The position numbers were made by a program, and so were the translations under genes. This document shows positions 58,901 through 64,000 of a stretch of 64,000 bases of DNA, one piece after another (position 1 is the stretch's first letter; each line of letters begins with the position of its first letter). This DNA is from Candidatus Latescibacterota bacterium. GTDB taxonomy: Bacteria; Latescibacterota; UBA2968; UBA8231. The stretch is from assembly GCA_963422735.1 (NCBI GenBank), contig OY730476.1:4544001-4608000 (forward strand). The letters are read 5' to 3'. The notes beneath the pieces were generated by a model. That model was not told the DNA's origin and searched no databases. It worked only from the letters and a program-made list of their open reading frames with translations.

Positions 58901-58963
58901 CACAAGGAGAAGTGCCATGACCATGGCTCCCCTAATCGCCGCCGTAGCCAAAGGGGAACTTCT

Positions 58964-59938
58964 ATGAAAGCCATAACCGTAGCCGATGACGCAGACCACT
59001 CGCTCTGCTGGCAAGAGGTCCCAGATCCCACCTGCGGCCCGGGCGAGGTCCTCGTCGATATACATGCCACAGCCGTCAATCGCGCCGATCTCCTCCAACG
59101 CGCCGGCAAGTACCCGCCGCCCCCGGGCGCATCCTCCTACATGGGCTTGGAAATGGCGGGCGTGATCGCCGACACGGGCGCGGCCGCAACGCAGTGGCAG
59201 CCCGGCGACCGCGTCCTCGGCCTGCTCTCCGGCGGCGGGTACGCCGAGCGCGTGGCCGTTCCCGCCACCCATTTGCTGCCTCTGCCCGCCGAGCGCGGCT
59301 TCACTTGGGGAGCTGCCATTTGTGAGGTCTTTCTCACCGCTTTTGTCAACCTGTTCCGCGAAGCCGGTTTGTGTGCGGGCGAGACGGCCCTCATCCACGG
59401 CGGGGGCAGCGGCGTCGGCACGGCCGCTGTGCAGCTATGCTGTCAAGCCGCTGCCAAGGCGATCGTCACGGCCGGCACGGACGACAAGGTCGCGTACTGC
59501 CTAGCGCTGGGCGCAGAGTTCGGGGTCAACTACAAGGAGCGGGACTTTGCCGAGGCCATCCTCGCCCACACCGACGGGGTTGATGTGATCCTCGACATCG
59601 CGGGGGCCTCCTACTTGACGCGCAATGTGCGGCTGCTCAAATCCAGGGGCCGCCTCGTGGTCATCGCCGTCCTGACCGGTGCCGAGGCCCAGATCGACCT
59701 CTTGGAACTACAGAGGAAGCGTCTGCGCCTGATCGGCTCGGTTTTGCGCAGCCGTTCGGACGCGGAGAAAACCGCGATCATTGCAGCCTTCAAAGAGCGC
59801 TTCTGGCCGCTGCTAATCGACGGGCGCATGTGCGCCATCATAGAGGATGTGCTGCCCATTGAGCGCGCGGCCGAAGCCCAAGACATCCTGCGGCAAAACC
59901 GCAACATCGGCAAGGTCGTCCTGCAAGTTAGGAATTAG
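58964..59938 (+). CDS. NAD(P)H-quinone oxidoreductase (PIG3 family)
   Basis: VNRADLLQRAGKYPPPPG, GLEMAG, IHGGGSGVGTAA, IGSVLRSR and NIGKVVL motifs. Confidence 0.93.
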   Translation: MKAITVADDADHSLCWQEVPDPTCGPGEVLVDIHATAVNRADLLQRAGKYPPPPGASSYMGLEMAGVIADTGAAATQWQPGDRVLGLLSGGGYAERVAVPATHLLPLPAERGFTWGAAICEVFLTAFVNLFREAGLCAGETALIHGGGSGVGTAAVQLCCQAAAKAIVTAGTDDKVAYCLALGAEFGVNYKERDFAEAILAHTDGVDVILDIAGASYLTRNVRLLKSRGRLVVIAVLTGAEAQIDLLELQRKRLRLIGSVLRSRSDAEKTAIIAAFKERFWPLLIDGRMCAIIEDVLPIERAAEAQDILRQNRNIGKVVLQVRN

Positions 59939-59947
59939 GAGTTTTCT

Positions 59948-60997
59948 ATGAGCACTCGCTATCGCCACATCGAAGTCAGCGGCCCACCGCGCGAGTTAGG
60001 CCGCCAGATTGGGGAGGCTGCCCGCGACGAAATTCGCGGCTTTGCCGCCATCGCCCTAGCGCGCGCCAACAAGACGGTGAGCGTCTCGTACGCTCGCGCC
60101 ATGGATATAAGCCGCCGGAGCATGGATTGCGCGGCTGCGTACGCGCCCGACATGCTCGACGAGTTGCGCGGCCTGAGCGAGGGTGCTGGCGTCGCACTCG
60201 ACGAAATGATGCTCTTGCAGGTGCGCAATCAGCTTTGCCCGGAGGAGGACGCGGCTTGCACGGGCTTTGCCATCGCCCCCAAGCGCAGCGCCGAGGGCCG
60301 GGCGATTGCAGCCCAGAACTGGGACAACGACCCCGCGCTGGACCCCTTCACCATCGTGCTGACGCGCCGCCCGGCTGGCAAGCCCGCGCTGATGAACGTC
60401 ACCCAAGCGGGCCTCATCGCCTACATCGGCTGCAACGACGCCGGCATGGGCGTTTGCATGAACACCCTGCCGGCCCCCAGCCGTCCGGTTGGCGTCCCAC
60501 ATTACTTTGCCGTGCGCGCCATCTACGAACAGACCTCGCTCAGCGGTGCGGTCGCCGCAGTGCGCCGGGCCGTGCGCGCCATTCCCGGCAACATCCTCCT
60601 CGCCACCCCGCAGGGGCCGGCCGATCTCGAACTCACCTTGGGCCACGTCCACGTTTTGCGCGACGATGAGCTCGTCGTTCACACCAACCACTGCCTGCAC
60701 CCGGACCTTGCGCCGATCAACCGCGAATTTCCCGAACTGATTGAGTCCGGGCCGCGCCAGCGTCGTATCGAACAGTTGCTTGGCCCCGAGCCGCTCGTGA
60801 GCATGGCGCAAGTGCAAGAGGCCCTGCGCGACCACGACCGACACCCGCACTCTATCTGCCGCCACGTCAACGACCATCCGCAGACCGGCTTTTGGGCGAG
60901 CGTGTTTTCGGTGGTGATCGAGGCCGATCAAGGCCGCATGCACATCAGCCGTGGCAACCCCTGCACAGCCCCGTACGAAACGTATTCCCTCAACTGA
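59948..60997 (+). CDS. Peptidase C45 family Ntn hydrolase/acyltransferase
   Basis: ACTGF (Cys nucleophile), AQNWD, GCNDAG, HTNH and ISRGNPC motifs. Confidence 0.88.
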   Translation: MSTRYRHIEVSGPPRELGRQIGEAARDEIRGFAAIALARANKTVSVSYARAMDISRRSMDCAAAYAPDMLDELRGLSEGAGVALDEMMLLQVRNQLCPEEDAACTGFAIAPKRSAEGRAIAAQNWDNDPALDPFTIVLTRRPAGKPALMNVTQAGLIAYIGCNDAGMGVCMNTLPAPSRPVGVPHYFAVRAIYEQTSLSGAVAAVRRAVRAIPGNILLATPQGPADLELTLGHVHVLRDDELVVHTNHCLHPDLAPINREFPELIESGPRQRRIEQLLGPEPLVSMAQVQEALRDHDRHPHSICRHVNDHPQTGFWASVFSVVIEADQGRMHISRGNPCTAPYETYSLN

Positions 60998-61008
60998 CAG
61001 GAGGCTCT

Positions 61009-62454
61009 ATGGGCACCCTGCATGGCACGATCATAGACGAAGTCGCCGGCGAACCGCTCGACGCTAAAGTGCATGTACTCACTGCCTCGGGCACCTTTTC
61101 TCATCCGCTGGGCTCCACGCTAAAGCGCGGCCCGGGTACGCCGTTTTTCTTTTGCGATGGCACGTTTGTCGCCGAGGGTAGCCGAGGGCGCACGGATGTG
61201 CTCGTCGAGCGCGGCACCGAGTACGAACCCTATCGCACAACGGTCGAGTTGCCGGCAAAGGGCCGCGTCGATTTGGAGATTCCACTGCGCCGCTGGTACT
61301 ACCCCCAAAAGGGCGCTTGGTATCCAGGCAACACGCACATTCACTACGACGAGAGGGAGACCCAGCCCGACGAGCGGCTTGGGATTGATTGCAGCGTCGA
61401 GGGGTATAATGTCACCTGCGTCAGCATCCTCGACCGCCGCCAACTGCCCTACGCATCCAACAAGTATCCCATTGGCGTGATGAACGAATTTACGACCGCC
61501 CATCACGTCCTCGATATCGGCGAGGAAAACCGCCACTACGGAGACCGCTCGCCGTGGGGATTTGGCTACGGCCACGTGATGCTGCTCAACATCCGCAATC
61601 TGGTTCAGCCCGTCAGCCGCGGCCACACCCTCGCCGGGCAATTCGACCCGGACTATCCGCCCTTGTGCTTTTGCTGCGACGAGGCCCGCGAGCAGGGCGG
61701 CTTGGTCATCTGGTGCCACAACGGCCGCGGCATGGAGGCTCCGGTGGCTGCCGCGCTCGGCAAGCTCGACGCCTTCAACCTATTCGATCCCTTTTGGATG
61801 GATCCGGAATACGACCTCTGGTACAAGCTCCTCAACTGCGGCCTGCGGCTGCCGGCCTCGACCGGCACGGATTGGTTTGTGTGCTCCAACAACCGCGTGT
61901 ACGTCCAAGTGGATGGAGAATTTTCGTATGCGCGCTGGATCGCGGGCATGAAACAGGGGCGGACTTTCATAACCAACGGCCCGGCTCTCCAGCTCGCACT
62001 CAACGGGCTTCCCATGGGAGATACTGTGGAATGCGGAAGCGGTACTGAGTTAGATGCCGAAGTGACCTTTAGTTCGTTTTATCCGCTTGAGCGTGCCGAG
62101 TTGGTGGTCAACGGCTCGGTAATCCAGCGCTGGGAATGGCCGGCTGGCCGGCGCGAGGGCGCGTTGCGCCACGGCTTCAGGGCCGAGCGCGACGGCTGGG
62201 TTGCCGCCCGCCTGTGGGGCGACTCGCGCGACAGCTTCGGCCAGTCCATATACGCGCATTCGAGTCCGAGCTATTTCCGCTGCGGCGCACCACCGGCTGA
62301 GCGCGAGGCGGACGCGCGTTTCTTCCTCCGCTCGCTCGACGAATCGCTCAAATGGATCGGCACGTACGGCCGCTACAGCAACGACCAGCAGCGCGAGGAT
62401 GTGCGGGAACTGTTCAGGAGGGGGCGCGAGGTGTACGCGGGGTTGACCGGCTGA
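61009..62454 (+). CDS. CehA/McbA family (PHP-like) metallohydrolase
   Basis: VERGTEY, GNTHIH, GEE, YGHV, WCHN, STGTD, GRTFITNGP and AHSSP motifs. Confidence 0.85.
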   Translation: MGTLHGTIIDEVAGEPLDAKVHVLTASGTFSHPLGSTLKRGPGTPFFFCDGTFVAEGSRGRTDVLVERGTEYEPYRTTVELPAKGRVDLEIPLRRWYYPQKGAWYPGNTHIHYDERETQPDERLGIDCSVEGYNVTCVSILDRRQLPYASNKYPIGVMNEFTTAHHVLDIGEENRHYGDRSPWGFGYGHVMLLNIRNLVQPVSRGHTLAGQFDPDYPPLCFCCDEAREQGGLVIWCHNGRGMEAPVAAALGKLDAFNLFDPFWMDPEYDLWYKLLNCGLRLPASTGTDWFVCSNNRVYVQVDGEFSYARWIAGMKQGRTFITNGPALQLALNGLPMGDTVECGSGTELDAEVTFSSFYPLERAELVVNGSVIQRWEWPAGRREGALRHGFRAERDGWVAARLWGDSRDSFGQSIYAHSSPSYFRCGAPPAEREADARFFLRSLDESLKWIGTYGRYSNDQQREDVRELFRRGREVYAGLTG

Positions 62455-63244
62455 CCGGCCACCAAGCGCGGGTGATTTGGCCGAACTCGCGCGGCGTGAC
62501 TGTGTACACGGGTTTGTTCTTGATCTTCTTGCTCAGGCTGGAGAGGGCGGCTGCGGGGACGATCTGCTGGACGCGCGCTTGGCGGCGGGCAAAGAGGTTT
62601 TCCAAGACCTGCCGGAAGAAATCCTCGGACGGCACGGCGAACTTGGGCTTGGTGCGCTTGATGAGCACGAGCGCGCTCTCGACTTCGGGGCGAGGGGAAA
62701 AGGCGTCTTTGCCCACCTGCTCGATCCACTCTACTTGGGCCAGCCGCCCAACGGCGACTCCGATCCGACAATAGCCCTGTTGGCCGACGGTGGCGCACAG
62801 CCGCTTGGCCAGTCGCTTGGGCAACATGAGTACGGCCCGCTCGAATCGCTGGTTTAGCAGCTTGAATACAATTGGCAGAGCCACTTGATACGGCAGGTTG
62901 GCCACCGCCTTGTCAAAGCGCGGAAAATCCACGGCCAACGCATCGCCCCATAGTACCTTTAGATGCCCGTACCGCCGCTGCAATTCCTTTAGACACGGAG
63001 CGAACTGGCGGTCTTGCTCCACCGCCACGACCCGTCCGGCTCTTTCCAACAGCAACTGCGTCAGATTGCCGATTCCGGCCCCGATCTCCAGCACCATATC
63101 CCCGGCCGCAATGTCGGCACAAGCCACTTCCCGGCGCAGGACAGCGTCGTCGGTGAGGAAGTTTTGGCCGCGATTTTTCTTGGAGTAGCGGGTTAGGCTA
63201 TGATTTATGGGATTTGTGGATGGCCTTGATTTTTTTGCTTGCAT
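62414..63244 (-). CDS. rsmA: rRNA adenine dimethyltransferase (RsmA/KsgA/Dim1 family), atypical termini
   Basis: KNRGQNFL, VLEIGAGIGNLT, GDAL..VANLPYQ and FSPRPEVES motifs. Start uncertain; overlaps the convergent gene by 41 nt. Confidence 0.78.
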   Translation of the reverse strand: MQAKKSRPSTNPINHSLTRYSKKNRGQNFLTDDAVLRREVACADIAAGDMVLEIGAGIGNLTQLLLERAGRVVAVEQDRQFAPCLKELQRRYGHLKVLWGDALAVDFPRFDKAVANLPYQVALPIVFKLLNQRFERAVLMLPKRLAKRLCATVGQQGYCRIGVAVGRLAQVEWIEQVGKDAFSPRPEVESALVLIKRTKPKFAVPSEDFFRQVLENLFARRQARVQQIVPAAALSSLSKKIKNKPVYTVTPREFGQITRAWWPVSRSTPRTPRAPS

Positions 63245-63639
63245 TCTCTTTGAGTTGAAAGCTTCTAGCACCAAAGTTGATAAGCAGTCCCACCGCTAGA
63301 TTGCATGCTCTAAGCAGTTAATGCCTGTGCCAAATGCACATCTTCGAGTTGAATGACGGCTTTCAATTCAACCGAAATGTTGTCGCCTACCAGAAAATCC
63401 ACTCGTCTTGTACCTATATGTTGCCTTTTGTAATAGATCGGCATCTCATGATCGCGGCTAAAGGAAAGTCCTCGATCGTTCATCTCGATTGCCAATGCTC
63501 TCTGATATATCACTTCCTGAAACCCATTTCCCAGAGCAGAATGAACCCTCATCGCACATCCAATAACTTCACCCGTTATTTCCGAATACCGATACTCCTT
63601 TTTAATTACAGTAATCCCCAAATCGTACAAATCACAGTC
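63196..63639. repeat. Imperfect 36-bp inverted repeats (GATTT-periodic) flanking the GxxExxY gene
   Basis: 63196-63231 versus the reverse complement of 63604-63639 gives 25/36 identity by eye, with GAT units at 9/8/9 spacing in both arms. Confidence 0.7.
63198..63610 (-). pseudogene. GxxExxY family PD-(D/E)XK-like protein, frameshifted
   Basis: IKKEYRYSEITGEVIGCAMRVHSALGNGFQEVIYQRAL, RRVDFLV..VELKA..HLAQ; GLLINFG off-frame; probable start codon reads GTA. Confidence 0.88.
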
Positions 63640-63646
63640 CAGATTC

Positions 63647-64000
63647 CTAGTGCGCCAAAAGCCGCTCGGCCTCGATCGCGGCCATACATCCGGTGCCAGC
63701 CGCAGTGACGGCTTGTCGGTACACGGAGTCCTGCACATCGCCGCAGGCGAAAACCCCGGGGATCGCCGTGGCGGTCGAATCCGGCTCGGTGAGGATGTAG
63801 CCCTGCTCGTTCATGGCCAACGCGCCCTCGAAAAGCTGGGAGTTGGGCACGTGGCCGATGGCAACGAAGACGCCGTCGCAGGAGAATTCTCGCGTCTGGC
63901 TGGTGTGGGTGTCGCGCAGCAGCACCCCGCGCACGGCTAGCTCGCCCTCGGTTTGCAAAATTTCGGCGATTGTGGCGTTGATCACGAAGTCGATCTTGTC
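63647..64000 (-). CDS. trxB: Thioredoxin reductase, C-terminal part (gene runs off the window)
   Basis: [13 protein letters not shown] and [28 protein letters not shown]. Confidence 0.95.
   Translation of the reverse strand, partial: DKIDFVINATIAEILQTEGELAVRGVLLRDTHTSQTREFSCDGVFVAIGHVPNSQLFEGALAMNEQGYILTEPDSTATAIPGVFACGDVQDSVYRQAVTAAGTGCMAAIEAERLLAH

Noticed and set aside
1-64000. Many long alternative-frame and antisense ORFs (e.g. 14926-15699, 27101-27865, 54057-54896, 60056-60943)
   Set aside because: They shadow well-supported genes in GC-rich DNA and have no recognisable motifs.
1-64000. Frequent TAG stops suggesting amber recoding
   Set aside because: TAGs fall at the expected C-termini of complete proteins, and no pyl or suppressor genes are seen.

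Overview
A GC-rich (roughly 60%) bacterial chromosomal segment with no rRNA, tRNA, intact transposase or true CRISPR array. The backbone is catabolic and housekeeping genes: enolase-superfamily dehydratases, three PhyH dioxygenases, two sulfatases, Zn/Fe dehydrogenases, eda, kduD, a uxuA-like gene, msrA/msrB, glnD, trxB and an rsmA homologue. This repertoire resembles Latescibacterota/Poribacteria-type sponge symbionts, which is an inference only. Two intact accessory modules stand out. One is an Amt ammonium transporter plus STAS gene facing a four-gene operon (REC-PP2C phosphatase, anti-sigma kinase, orphan periplasmic binding protein, HAMP histidine kinase). The other is a porin-imelysin-di-heme operon behind a promoter with a palindromic operator. 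Small defence/TA genes sit at the 3' ends of host operons and most are broken (Type II RM, MazF, VapBC, HEPN, Fic, MNT, GxxExxY). Sub-genic signals include a HEPN gene broken by a CRISPR-like 37-bp repeat/42-bp insert/37-bp repeat, a GxxExxY gene flanked by ~9-nt periodic inverted arms, a family of (CCACTAA)n heptamer elements, GTAG-type REPs, and apparent CCWGG depletion. All calls come from motif recognition by eye and some start codons are uncertain.
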